A DNA stretch of 62,895 bases, filler included, from Choristocarpus tenellus KU-1152 (taxonomy: Eukaryota > Protista > Phaeophyceae): assembly GCA_964200185.2 (NCBI GenBank). It is 10 parts of 10 records of this genome, joined end to end, with 100 filler letters (N's around TTAATTAATTAA, not from the genome) between each part and the next. Parts side by side here need not be neighbours in the genome. Positions count along the whole stretch, not along the records: positions 47,200 to 50,978 come from CAXNAD020017972.1; positions 51,079 to 62,895 come from CAXNAD020002124.1; 8 more parts are not named here. The stretch is one strand, 5' to 3'. Under the pieces are notes generated by a model that did not search any database, was not told the origin of the DNA, and worked only from the letters and a program-made list of their open reading frames with translations. Positions 50,675 through 62,895 of the stretch are shown piece after piece. Positions within the stretch are counted from its first letter, which is position 1, and every line of letters starts with the position of its first letter. A program made the translations under genes and the position numbers.

Positions 50675-51899
50675 GACTCAAATGATTTTGAATCCTGGGA
50701 TCTGTAGTAGTGGTATCTAAAACTCCAAAACTTAACAGGTTTTACAACTTGGAGTTGTAGAAGTTGTATGATCTGTACCTCTTCCTGTAACTCGTTAAGG
50801 GGAGATTTTTGTATCTTTTTTGAGCTTCACAACACTGTAAAAATACTACCGCTCTGTAATACGTATTGATATCAGGGACAACTTCCCCTTTATTTTTATT
50901 TTTATTATTATGCCCTCTGACATTTTGCAGATGTGTCAGGGGGGAAACCAATGAAAACTATATACATTTCGTTGTTAGNNNNNNNNNNNNNNNNNNNNNN
51001 NNNNNNNNNNNNNNNNNNNNNNTTAATTAATTAANNNNNNNNNNNNNNNNNNNNNNNNNNNNNNNNNNNNNNNNNNNNATGTAACGTGCCCCCCCCCCCC
51101 CCCCCCGCCCGCCCTCACTTTGCCTGCCTTACAGTGGGGGCTTCTTGTTCCTCACGCCCTCTGTTTTTGACAGCTTGGGGACAGATGTGCAAAGTCGCCT
51201 GCAAACACTGAGGGGGCACCCAGTTTCTGGGCTCCCTCTCCGCCCAATTCACCTCAAGTCTGCCATGCGACTACGGAGTACACCCAGAGCTGAACAAGGC
51301 GAGCCACAGGAAGGGAGTGAAGCGCAAGGAGTAGGCGTTGAGGAAATATCAGTGGGGGAAGAGGGGGAGCACCCCCGAAATATCCGTCTCCACTCAGGAC
51401 ATCCTGAAGCAATGTCACCCCTGAGGTGTAAAGTCGATAATAGGGGAGTGGGACAATGGGGCGAGGGAGGTGGGCACAGGGAGTGGAAGACCCAACCACC
51501 ATGTCCTCATGCTCAGGACCTTGCCTGGTTCTTACTCACCAGTGCGTGCCTCTCCAAGGTTAGTGCCCTGGACTTGATGTGATGCACTCCTTGGAGTGCT
51601 GAGGAAATTGCTTTGGTTTCAACTCTTTATCTTATCCCAATTAGCTCCACCACTCTTCTCTCCTGTTGTCACAGCATTACCCTTGGTAGTTCCGACTATC
51701 GGTGTGTATATGTGTGTATATGTGTGTGTGTGTGTTTGTGTTGTGATGATCTTGAACAAGCTATTTTAAACTCCTAAACCTCGTTCCCCCTGGTGACATT
51801 TACACATTAAACCGGTTCATCGACCACCTTCTGAGCCAATGTGCCATGATGATGTAAGTGGTATGGGATTCAAAAGCATGGTTTCAGGCATCAAAGCAG

Positions 51900-53020
51900 A
51901 CACAAAAGCAGCACCTGCATGATCACCTGACATCACCCCACACTTCATCCACTAGGTCTAAATCTCAACCCTGCCCCCAACTGCAACCCACCCCCACAAA
52001 AATGTTCCCCATTGGATTGACAGGGAGCACAGGGTGAGGTCATCCATGACCCCTGCAGTGGACAGCCTCGATTCTTAGCCTGCAAGAATGTTGAACTTGG
52101 TGTACTATTTCATTCTTCTCCAACCTGTGCCCTGTATGCTGAACCATCGTGCCGGTGCAACAGCCCCCCCCTGCACCTTTCTCAAGTAAACACCACTACT
52201 ACAGCAGAGGGGGTCAATGCCATTGCAGAGAGTTCTAAGGAGAACAGAGACGGTGTTGTCACTGTCCAGTGCATCTCTCGTGAGCACAAGGACAATAGAG
52301 GAAACAACCTCAAAAATAGGCCTCAGGTCACTGGTGCCCCAAACCGGCAATGGGTTTCAGGAGTTTCCTCAGGCGTTGGCACTCCTCACCTGGTCTACAC
52401 CTCACTTCCAGTGCCCTTCTGCATCACTAGTGAGGGCTATGCTGGACGGAACAGTGTTGAGTCACCCCATGTTCGTTTCCTTCCCTTCATGCACGACCTG
52501 GAGCCTGAGGGAGCAAGGTCAAGAGTCAACATTAGTGTATTGCAATAAAACCTTGTCCACATTGATATGGTGTCTGTGTTGTGTACAGTATGGTGGCATG
52601 GCATCATAGTGTCCAAAATCGAGTAGTACATAGATATGTTCCTTTTGAGGTAGCGTTGGAAAACAGTTCAGCGATGGTCTCGTCTAACAAGCCTTCACTC
52701 TATCCTTTGATGTCCTCAACTCGCAATCAATTATTTATCTCAGGTCAGCAGAGATCATGCAGCTTCTGACTTCAGAGGAAGTTGAGGCACAGTTCACCCC
52801 AACCAGGGTAGTGCAGCGATCATGCAGTGAAGGACCTACTCGACAGAGGAGTCCTGTTGAAAGGACAGCAAGTTGCCCTTGAATAAAAGGGCTATCATTG
52901 AGTTGCAAGTACGATAATTGTGCATGGCCCAGGCAAGATGCTTGGGGAGATTTTAGCAGCCTTCACAGGAATTAAACCACAGCGGATGATATGTAGGCGT
53001 ACCTCCCCTGTCAACACCAA
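51900..53020 (-). mobile_element. Decayed RLE-type non-LTR retrotransposon fragment
   Basis: Frameshifted remnants on the minus strand (CGLIPVKAAKISPS; C..GAPVT; HC/DNTVSVLLRTLCNGIDP) resemble the post-RT and zinc-knuckle region upstream of RLE domains. Confidence 0.35.
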
Positions 53021-53894
53021 ACTGACTTGTGCTTTTCATAGACAATATATATTATGTATATAGAGTAGGTCCTGTGCTGGGTATCACATTACATGGTTTT
53101 TATACGTAGCCAGATTGAAACGCCTTGAGGTGAATTGAGGTTGAAAAGTTGGAACTCCATTGTAGTAGTGTGTTGTAGTTGCCTTTAGAATTGAGGGATC
53201 ACAAGTATGTTTCACATTTGTTGATGTACTGTTTAAAATATGATGCACCAGTGTTCAGTAGTTGTTGCCCAAATTAATACCCAAATGTTACTTTTATTCA
53301 GCAAAAATGAACCTTTATGTGACGTATCAAAAATGGGGCAGTTGCTTTATTGTGACACAATATATGTATGTATGGATGGGGCAGTTGCTTCCTCACAGCA
53401 ATTTCTTGTTTGTTGACATGAGAGAAGGGGGCAAGGGAGTGCATGACAATAGTCAATGCAACTCGGCAACTATTTGCGTAGACCATATAGGCCCCGCCCA
53501 CCATATCATCACTCTCCCCACCTGATCCTTTTTGTCTTTCACATCCTCACTATGTCCAACACCACTTGAGAGCGAGGTTCTCTCATCTCAGAGGTGTTGC
53601 GTCCTACTTGGTTAATGGTGTCACAAACCAGCTAGTTCGCACAATCATTTTTCTGGCTGCTGTACTACCAACAAATTCCCTATGATTTCATAAAGGCGTA
53701 TGTTTGCATGAGATATGCACTACTCAACCTATTATTAAACGTGAGATGGGTGCATAAAGCGAGCAAAGGATTAGAGGAGCACTGATGCAGATCAAGTTTT
53801 GCTTTGAAGAACCCAACAGGCATTCACTCTAAGGCACACTTACCACACTCTATTACCAATAATTGTGTACTATAATGTGTGAGAGGACTCGAAC

Positions 53895-55549
53895 TCACAA
53901 CTTTTTGGACCTCCTTGAATTTGACTTTTTGCCATCCCCACCCCTATCTTCCCCAGAAGCATTTCTTGCTATCTGCCTACCATCCTGACTTCGGAATGAT
54001 CCCTTTGGCCTTCCTGTCTCAAAATCGACCACTACTGGGCGACCCCCAATCACAAGCTTATTCTGCGTCCGCACAGCTTTTTCTGCACCACGCTCAGTTA
54101 CAAACTCAACATATCCAAAGCCCTTAAGCTTATGAGTATGACCCCACATGGCCAACCGTACCGAGGCCACCTTGCCGCATGCCTCTAGTGCCTCTGCGAC
54201 CCCATCCTCATCTGCATCATATGGGATATTTTTTATGAACACTGTCCGGCAGCCTTCAGGATGCTCAGCTGTTCTGTTAGCCTGCTGTGTGAGTACGGTT
54301 TGGGGTGCCTGTGGTGCCTGCACCGTGAGGTAGCGACCATTAAGGTACTGCCCGTCTTTTGCAAAGGCTGCTTGGGCACCTGCTGGGCTTTCAAAGACCA
54401 CATGAGCGTAGCCTCTGGCCCTGCCAGAGTCCTGCCATCGTGGCAAGCGCACCGATGTGATCGTCCCACAGTCCTTGAAAAATCTCTTTACATCCTCTTC
54501 ATTGCATGTCCAGGGAATCCCCTCCACCTGGGGACACCAGGCAACGGTGAGAGTGCACTAATTAGTACTAGTTTACCCCACTTACGTACTACTTCATGCG
54601 ACTGGAAAAGGAGAGAGCAGCTTAGGGTGATGGTCGACATTGGAGGATTAATTTGATAGCATAGTTGTGCAGATGTGACTAGCGCCATTCTCTATGGAGC
54701 GGAAAATAATACTCAAATCCCCCTACCTATTGACCTGATATGGTTTTGTCAAGCAGGTAGCACGAGGCATATCACACGGTGGATGTCATTCGACGTAACC
54801 GCATCAAGTCCCTATATTTTACCGATCGAAATGGGCAAATCATTCAGTGTCCATGCCCTCCCTGGGATATAATCGAGAGACTACAACGATGGCTAACAAA
54901 AAAAGTCACAATGTGACGAATATAGCAACTAGGGCTACTTGAAACTGGAGTGAGATGATGCACAAATGGTGCGACATTGCAGATGGAGTAAACACTTCGT
55001 GTCTCAATAACTCACGGGAATATAAACTCTGTCAAGGTTATTCCAACATGCCCTGCCTGATTATAACGGAGAAGAGCGTTTCTGACGTTAACAGTTTCCG
55101 AAATAAGTAGATGGGACGGCAGATGACACTACGTCCCCAATCCTTTAAAGATGTCGATCAAAGAGTGTATTAGATGAGGAGGTGGATGAACGGAAGTAGT
55201 ACAGAGCGACTACTTCGAGGAAGGAGTGTCACGAAGTAGCCGCAATCTCCTGAACTCCCTTCTGCATTATATGCATGCTCACATAAATGGTGTCGGTTCT
55301 CTCCAAGTTCTTGCCCACAACGCCTGAGGTCTCCCCTGTGTCTCCAGTACCACTCTCCTCATCGTCATCCTCCACTCCATCAATGACCTTGCTCTTCTCC
55401 CCTTTCTTTTTCCGAACTCGGTGTCTCTTTCGCGATCGCTTGACGACCTCTCCTCCTCCTTGTACTCCTTTTTCCCGCTCAACCTCTTGCAGAGACCTCT
55501 TTCCCTTGACCTTCCCAACAAGAGGTTCCCCCTCATCAACCGCCTCCAT
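53895..55549 (-). CDS. Two-RRM RNA-binding protein, nucleolin/NSR1/RBM34-like
   Basis: Exon 55549-55283 (basic and acidic N-terminus, ends TIY|GTGAG) joins exon 54527-53895 (VEGIPW...RGYAHVVF; VFIKNIPY...KGFGYVEF). Two RNP2/RNP1 pairs; complete gene of ~299 aa. Confidence 0.92.
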
Positions 55550-56525
55550 CTAACCTCAGCACAAACTCCAACCCACACAACTAATTATGTTTAGAGAAGT
55601 TGATATATGTGTCAAACGAGACTGTTTTGAGACCTTCAGCTGAGACGAATGGTTGTTAAGATGGCACCTCTTGTACTTTGGTTCACTCCTCGAACTTGTG
55701 GACTCCAACTATAAATGGTTGAACAACCAACAAATATTTTTTTGTTTGTTACTCCACCGAAATTTGAATATTCAAGAAGTCCCGCCAAAAAATAATCCTA
55801 ATCTCAAGGGTTCACCCCAAGTCGACTTCTCCAAGAACTGGAACATTACAGTAGAATAGGTCTAAGGCTTCCATAGGCGCAAAGATAGCAAGTGTGGAAC
55901 AAGGCACTTGATAGGAATCCTAGTCGTACTGCACTCTTGTCGAGGAGGCTTGGACCCACCAAATATCTTTGATATCTGTGAGACATCAACCCAAGGTCAG
56001 CATCTCAAACTTTGTTGTGACTTACAACCTGCTCTGCTGCACGGACTTGCCTTCCTTGTTGACAAGACCCTTCTATCAAGGTGCATGATAGTTGGTGGCT
56101 TTATTCGAGTTCGGCGCGCTCGAAGCAATTTGTCCTTCGTTGTCTGCACAATGCGAAGTTTCAGCATTCTTCATCCGCATCTACGAGTAGAGTTGTGTAG
56201 CCAATGACAAATCCTTGAGCAAATGAGATGACCGATCTTCTCTCGATGCTCCATAGTTGTCAAGACCAAGGGGATGTGATAGCCATGCCACCATTCGAAA
56301 TTTTTATGTGGATGGTGGACGTATGTAGTTCGTGAACTGGGCTGTTCATGTCTTAAGGCCAACAGCGCAAGTATCCTAGCAGTCAAGTAAACGACACTCC
56401 TCCAACGCATCACACCAATCCGATGGACCTGATACCACCGCCATTATTGCATGTAACTCCCATGGCGAACTCGCTGCCCCATCGTCCTGGTGTGTTGTCC
56501 CACAGTCGATTGCCCGTGCGTTGGG

Positions 56526-59500
56526 ATGGACCTCACAGACCTTGGAGATAGTCAATGCGGCAAGGAGGTCGAGACTATGTCGTCAACTATGACCGACTCT
56601 GACAAGCACCAGATTTCAGACGTGCAAAATCACCACCATAGAGTTTCCGTGGAGAGTGTTTTATCAAGCAGAGACCTTAGTAATGCTAAGGTTAGCTTAA
56701 CCTCATTGGGGCCTTCAACTTTCAGCAGCCCGATCAAGTCGAGTGTGGCATCTGGTGTTAGTACCCCTCTGTGTTCAAGGGGAAACCTACAAAGCCCTTC
56801 TCCCAGTCGCCAACTAGATGGTCAATCCACCCCTTTGAGTCCGTTTCTTCTCTATGCTGGTTCTCTCTCCCCCATCGTACCCTTTGGAGCAAAGTCGTTG
56901 ATTGTACCCCGAACGATGGAGGAGGATGGGCGTGTAGAGAATGGCGACGAAGAAAATGGAGTGGGGGTCATCAGCGAGGAAGTTGGTCTGCCAACCAGGC
57001 AAAGGTGCATACCGCTGTCCCCAGGGCTAGGCTCCCCCGTTGGATCATCCCCATATCTGGACCGTAGGTTGGTCAGCCTTTGTGGGGGAGCTAACTCATT
57101 CCTTGGGATTGAAAGCGCTGGCGGTTCAGGGCTATTTCTCAAGGGACTTGACGGAGGACTACTGGGTGATACTAGTCTGAGGTGGGTTGATTTTTTGCAC
57201 ATAGTTCATGCCAACGTGTCATGATTTAAGCTGCGTTACTTCCGAGAGATGTACTCAATCTGTGTACCTCCCCCCTCCCACACTTCCCACTGGATTGCCA
57301 CCCTGTGCAGAATGGACTGCACAGACTCTACCTGGACTCTGAACTCTGTCCTTGTCCCCACACCAATGACCAATGAGCATAGTGAAATAGTTAGCTGCAT
57401 CACTGACCCAATGGTGAGCTCTAGGAAGGATCCAGGACAAATTGTTTCTGTCCACAGTGTGAACCCAGAGGCCCAGGCTCCCACAGACTGTGCCTCTTGC
57501 ATACATGGAGAAGGAGCTGGAGCCGCAGGCAGGGTTGAGGGCAGGCGGAATGAAGGGGTTGGAGAAAGATGCTGCTCAAGCATGATAAAATGGACAAAAG
57601 GTACAAGCACTCTCCCCACACCCCTTGCTTCCACTTCCTGTCACAATTTTGAGAGAGGTTCTGCACAGGCCAGTCCAGTTTCCCTGGCACCCTCCGCACT
57701 TCACTCATCGAACACATCTGTGGCCACTTCTGTCAAAACAATGGCTACCCCAACCTCACCTGTCCCCCCAGCTCCTGGCTTTGCCCGCTGCCCCCCTATT
57801 CGGATCTCAGCCGCTAGGGCAAGAGAGAGGATCAGGGAGGATGCAGGAGGAAGCCCTATACGTGGGATCCAGGCCTGGTTGAATCCGTCAACATCTGTGA
57901 GCACCACCTGTGACCTAACTGAAACTACCAGGGCTGAGGAGGGAATGGACAAGGCTGCAGCAAGGGTCAAGACACAGGCCCCAACTAATAGGGCAATTGT
58001 CTCTCCGCAGCAGTTTTCCATCCCCGCCCGAGTTGCACTTGTAACTGAAGGAACCCCTGCCTCTCCTTTGCCCTCTACTGATGCTGACTCCAAGGCACCT
58101 GTTCCTGTCCCAAGACAGGGTGGTGATGCTACAGCACCTCCCAGAGCAGCTCTTGCCAGCCCCTCAGTGCCAGCCGGTAGTCCCAACAACAGTTTAGAAA
58201 TGGCCAAACTCAAGTCAGATGTTATTGAATCCTCTTATGGAGCCTGCACTCCGGTACCAGCACCAACCCAGGTTGCTGGTCGGCCAATGAAGCATGGTGA
58301 GGGGGGAAGTGGAAGGAGTAGAATTGCTGGAATGGGGATGGGGCTGGGAGAGGCAGTCATTCCAGAGAAACCTTCAGGGGCTTCTGGAGGATTTAGGGGA
58401 CCACCTGGTGCAAGGGGTGTGAACGACGGGGTCTGGGTGCCTGTGGAGTCTCCAGCACCTGAGGATAGACCCCGTCCTGCAGGGAAGGCTCTGGGAAAGA
58501 TGTTCAACAGTCCAACATTGAGTAGGTGAGAGAGATGAGGTGGTGCTGGTCGTGTAATGTATCTAGTAGGTGAGACAAGGTATCAAGATGGCACTACAGT
58601 GTTGCTATGCTCTCTTATCAGCACTAGAAATTTGGTCTGCAGGATGCGCACAAACCAGAACCACACATGAAGCAACGCATGTCTTGTTAGTGGAGGAAGT
58701 CATGCATGCCCTTCCTTCATTCACCGTTCTACTAATTTGTCGGCCACAATCTTCTCAGAGAAATGAATAATAATAATAACAGCAACAACAACAACAACAA
58801 CAACAACATTATTAATAACACGTGACTTAGGAACATGAGCAAACAAGCTATATACCTCCAATCAACCTTGACATTATTTCAACTATTTCGTTCCTCCTCA
58901 TGTTTTAAACATAAAGTCCTTCAACACCTCAGCCCCCCCCACGCCTTTGCCCCCTGCCTACATTGTGTTGGTACAACCTATCTGTCTATCATACTGACAT
59001 GCAGGGTGCGTATGACCCCACCGAGGGCAACAGAGTACGGCGTGATCCAGCAATCATTCACTCCCCCTGGGGATTTCCCATTATCTGAGCCAGCTGGTCT
59101 GTGGGATAAAGAGAGCCAGTGCAACTGCAAGAAGTCACGGTGTGTTTCACGCAAGGGTGAATGAGGTTTGAACTCAGATGGTATTTTTAGTCAATGGGAG
59201 GTCTTGATAGGTGAAGGGGGCAGGGCGATAGTCTTAATATTTTGTTTTTCGTTGGGTGTGCTGGGTGCGGTACTATGTGGTCAAGGTTTTATGGGCGTTA
59301 ACTTTAACTTGACTGTTCCCTTTAACTATTTTTTAAAGAACGCCCCCTTGGCAATCCTCCCAGAATGGTGACATTAACTTCTTCATCGCTCTATCTCTGT
59401 GGTGGTTGACCAAAAATATCACTCTAGTGATGTATATGTGGGGGGTGATGGGGGTGGTTGGAAAGGTGAACTTATTCAGGGGAAATTCAGGAGGAGGATG

Positions 59501-62185
59501 TTGACTTTTGGCTTTGGGATTGGATTTTTTGTTAGTGGAAGCCTGCTTTCAGAGGAAGTTTGGCATCATATTTTAGACCTTTACAGCATGTCTTGGTTTT
59601 TAACATCATTTTTTGTTGACTCTTTGATAACATTATATTGCCTTGGGAAAGGGGGGGCAAATGTCCCTGTGGCTGTTGGAGGATGTTGCCATGCTCTCAA
59701 CATGTGAGCATTTGGGAGTGTAAGCCCCCCCTATCCTAGGTGATATATACAACCAAGTGATGTTTTGAGGTGGGGGGGGGGGAAAACAAACTTCTAAGGG
59801 CTACTTGGCAACTGGATCTGTAGTGAGGGATGGAACAAAGTGTCAGCATGGACCTTTGGCTCGCCTAAACTTATCTGTTTGACCTTGAGGCATGTCTTGT
59901 CCAGGAGACGCTTCCCGATTATTATTGGGCCTTTAGGTAGAGAAGAAAGTGCAGGTTGGGGTTTTGGAATGCATTTGATGAAGTTGCTATTTTAGCATAA
60001 TGAAGCTTGTTGTTAGAGTGAGGTGTGAGATTGCTAATAATTTACTGCATTCCTCCTAGGGGCAGTGCCTAAGTACTCTGGCATATTCTGATATTCCAAG
60101 TGTGCAATGGCATCCTGTACCCTGTGCTAGATTCAGCGATCCCAAAGTGACCTCATTACATATCCCTAACCCTTTTCCACACTGTACCACCGCCCTAGCA
60201 CGATGATCTCCGAGCAAGGCCTGCATTCCTTGATCCTACCTTGCCCCCCAGGTGTCTTAAGCTATACTGCAACTGCTTTTCCAACAGTCAGTACTGTGGC
60301 CCCTTATGCAACTGCTCTACCTGTTACAACAATCCTGGTAGGGAGGAAACTCTCCAATCAGCGAGAAGGTGACTATCCCTTGTATTCACCCCTTGTCTCA
60401 TCGACACACTCCTAACCACTTGTCCCCAAGTCTGCACCCTTTGCCATGTTCCAAGCTGTAGTGGTAGATGTATATTGAACCTGTCCATTTTCCGATATTT
60501 GAGCAAAATGTGTAACTCTGTGTGCAGCAAGCCCCTTCCTTCTGACCACAATTGGTCTCTGATCTCTTTTGTATTTTTCCATTCTCATTCTTGTGCTGTC
60601 CTTACTTTGCTCTTTGAATGCCCTTCCCAAACGGCCTCTGTGCCTTATCCCCCAAAATGGCGCTCAGGACCACCTTGGAGCGTAACCCCTATGCATTCAG
60701 GCGCAGGTTGGCTGCCTATCTGCAAACAACAGCCAACGGCTCTGTTCGCTACAGCATTGGCTGTAGCTGCAAGAAGTCAGCTTGCCTGAAAAAGTGGGTT
60801 GCGCTCTTCATTCCCCCCTCTCTTACTTCAATCCTTTTGCAGCCCTGCCACAATAGCAGTTCAATGTCCCCCTCTGTTCACTTGTGTGCACCTGACTTAG
60901 AGTGAAAGTATCTTAAAGGGTACGAGTTTTGTCCTGTTTGTCCGTTTAGGGCTTGGCTTCCCATGAGGGTTTTTATGACATTTTCCTACTCCAAAACGTT
61001 TCGGAGTAGGTAAAATGTGTATGTTATGAAAAGGTGTGTCCGGAACAAGAATATTAACACTCCCTAACAAACACGATAGCCAAAATTCCATCAAAATCGC
61101 AACATTGGATTTTGGCCCCCAATTGGACGCAACTCTACCTCTAAGATACTTTGGCTCTTTTCTCTATTTGATGCTAGAAATGGCCTGCCCAGGACTGTAT
61201 TGCAGTGGGGTGGGTTTGTCCCTTTTTTGAATCCCTTCCTTTCCCATGCTCATGGCACCGGTACGGGGCGACCTTTTGGGGATGGAGTGGTTGTTTCCTT
61301 TCTTGATCTTTCATCCTTACAATACCATTCAAGAAGAAAGATTGCTGTCATGCCTGAATATTTCCTTCTCCTCAACTCCCACCCCTTTACCTAACTGTCT
61401 GTAGTCGCCATCATCACCACATGAATGAAAATACCTCACATCCTCAACCCCTGACATTTCCTACCTCAAGTTACCCGTATTGTAATCCATATACAGTACT
61501 TGATTCTTTCTTATCCCAATCCTTCTACGCCTAAAACCTACCCCGACTCCCAAGATATTGTGAGTGCTACCAGCTGTCCGTTCTGTGTGGAGATGAGTGC
61601 AAATGCGTTGGCTGTAAGAACATCGATCCTTGCAGAAGGTGAGTGTGTTGTTTTGGTCTCTCTCTCTCTATCGCATGACAGTAGGCAGTTGAACGTCTGG
61701 GGCTTGGTCTGCAAGTGGTGCATGGGGGTCTACTAGGTTTGGTGGGTGATTGGGAAAGCGACCTTTCCCAGCTGCTTGCATAGTAACCCACTTCCCACAA
61801 TTTGAGTTAATGCACATCGCTATTTCGAGTGGAGGGTCGGAGGGTCAATGGTTAGGTAAGGCATGTGATGAGGAAGGGTTTTTGCGCTACCTTTGGTCAA
61901 CGCTTTTTCTCGTGGGACCCAGCAACCAATGATCCCCATTTTGGCAGTGGGCTTGGGAGTTGCATCGAGGCAACAAGAGAACTATTTTTCTCATGCATTT
62001 TTTGTGCTCAGCCTCTAGTCTCTTTTCCTGACTAAGTTACCTTACCCAACCTTACCTGTTACACATGCTGCCTCGTAATGACACCCCACAGGTCTCCTAA
62101 GACTACATCAGGCCTGGTAGGGAGGGGTGAGAGCCAAATCTCACCACAAGCCGTGACAACACCGATAGAAGCTGGTTTCAAGTTG
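56526..62185 (+). CDS. Tesmin/TSO1/LIN54-like CRC (CXC-hinge-CXC) domain protein, 3' end beyond window
   Basis: Exons 56526-57181, 57311-58525, 59005-59139, 60252-60368, 60668-60793, 61555-61638 and 62092-62185. They give [33 protein letters not shown], the hinge LERNPYAF, and [34 protein letters not shown]. Confidence 0.93.
58767..58808. repeat. (AAT)n/(CAA)n microsatellite
   Basis: Read directly, in a CRC-gene intron. Confidence 0.85.
60900..61157 (+). mobile_element. MITE family A in CRC-gene intron 5
   Basis: GAGTGAAAGTATCTTAAAGGGTA...TACCTCTAAGATACTTTGGCTC. Confidence 0.9.
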
Positions 62186-62208
62186 GTAAGGCCGTTAACA
62201 GAATGATT

Positions 62209-62467
62209 AAGCCAAAGTATCTTAGAGGGTAGGACCGCGTCCATTTTGGGACCAAAACCCAATGTTAAAATTTTGATGTAGTGTTGGCTATCGTGTTTGT
62301 TAGTAAGTGCCAATATCCTTGTTCTGGACACACCTTTTCATAATGTATACATTTTACCTACTCCTAAACATTTTGGAGTTGGAAAATGTCTCAAAAACCC
62401 CCATGGAAAGTCAAGCCCCAAATGGACAAACAGGGCAAAACCCGTGCCCTCTAAGATACTTTAACTC
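62209..62467 (-). mobile_element. MITE family A (inverted) in CRC-gene intron 7
   Basis: AAGCCAAAGTATCTTAGAGGGTA...TGCCCTCTAAGATACTTTAACTC; ATT on both flanks. Confidence 0.9.
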
Positions 62468-62895
62468 ATTATTTTACCTCCCTCTCACATAGCAAGTCAC
62501 CCGCTACCTATTCTATCCATTGGCATTCACCGTGTATTGCTATATGAATGATTTGAGAGGAGGAAAAAGCTCTGCAAATCTAGCATCAAAGAGACTTCAC
62601 CACCATGCTACTGTAGAGTTAGAATACCATGTTTTTTAAGGTGTGATGTGATCACTTTTCCAGAAATCAAAATATGATAAAAAAACATATATCGATTCTT
62701 TGGGTAGTGTTGCTCATCAGTCCCGCCCCAGGTTCCCCTGTTTCCTCTTTACGAAATTCTCTTGAAGTGAATCCTTGCTGGTTGGCAGCCTCATCCTTTG
62801 CCAAATGTGCTTGTCCCCCCCCCTCTCCAATTCAACACTCCCGTCTCCCCTCCGTCCACCTTTCCATCTCATTGTGTAACAACCTCACCTCCCCC

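Noticed and set aside
241-62467. CRISPR-like array from recurring AAAGTATCT motifs
   Set aside because: The motifs are dispersed inverted termini of MITEs, not regularly spaced direct repeats; no cas genes; eukaryotic context.

Overview
This is intron-rich eukaryotic nuclear DNA, not prokaryotic. Gene content (GH16 glucanase, PH-MAPK, secreted beta-helix PMP/adhesin-like protein), GT-AG introns and TTAGGG repeats fit a stramenopile, probably a brown alga or relative (inference). The window is 10 assembly pieces joined by nine identical artificial 100-bp spacers (44 N + TTAATTAATTAA + 44 N); genes stop at these joins, so gene order across them should not be trusted. Exons were spliced by hand from splice signals and phase. 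Genes found: a GH16 beta-1,3-glucanase with the start of a second GH16 module; a PH-domain MAP kinase (5' part); an ankyrin-repeat protein; a secreted parallel beta-helix protein; a complete ~1011-aa secreted CgeB/Glyco_trans_1_2-like glycosyltransferase; a membrane-anchored SDR; a complete two-RRM nucleolar-type protein; a tesmin/TSO1/LIN54-like CRC protein; and several unidentified exons. Non-coding DNA is dominated by three MITE families with different interiors but shared termini (core G(A/G)N2-3AAAGTA, often a 3-bp TSD), decayed non-LTR retrotransposons and interstitial TTAGGG tracts. The strongest candidates for novelty are the PH-MAPK fusion, the shared-terminus MITE system, and the large mosaic glycosyltransferase. 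I found no evidence of a CRISPR array, rRNA or tRNA gene.
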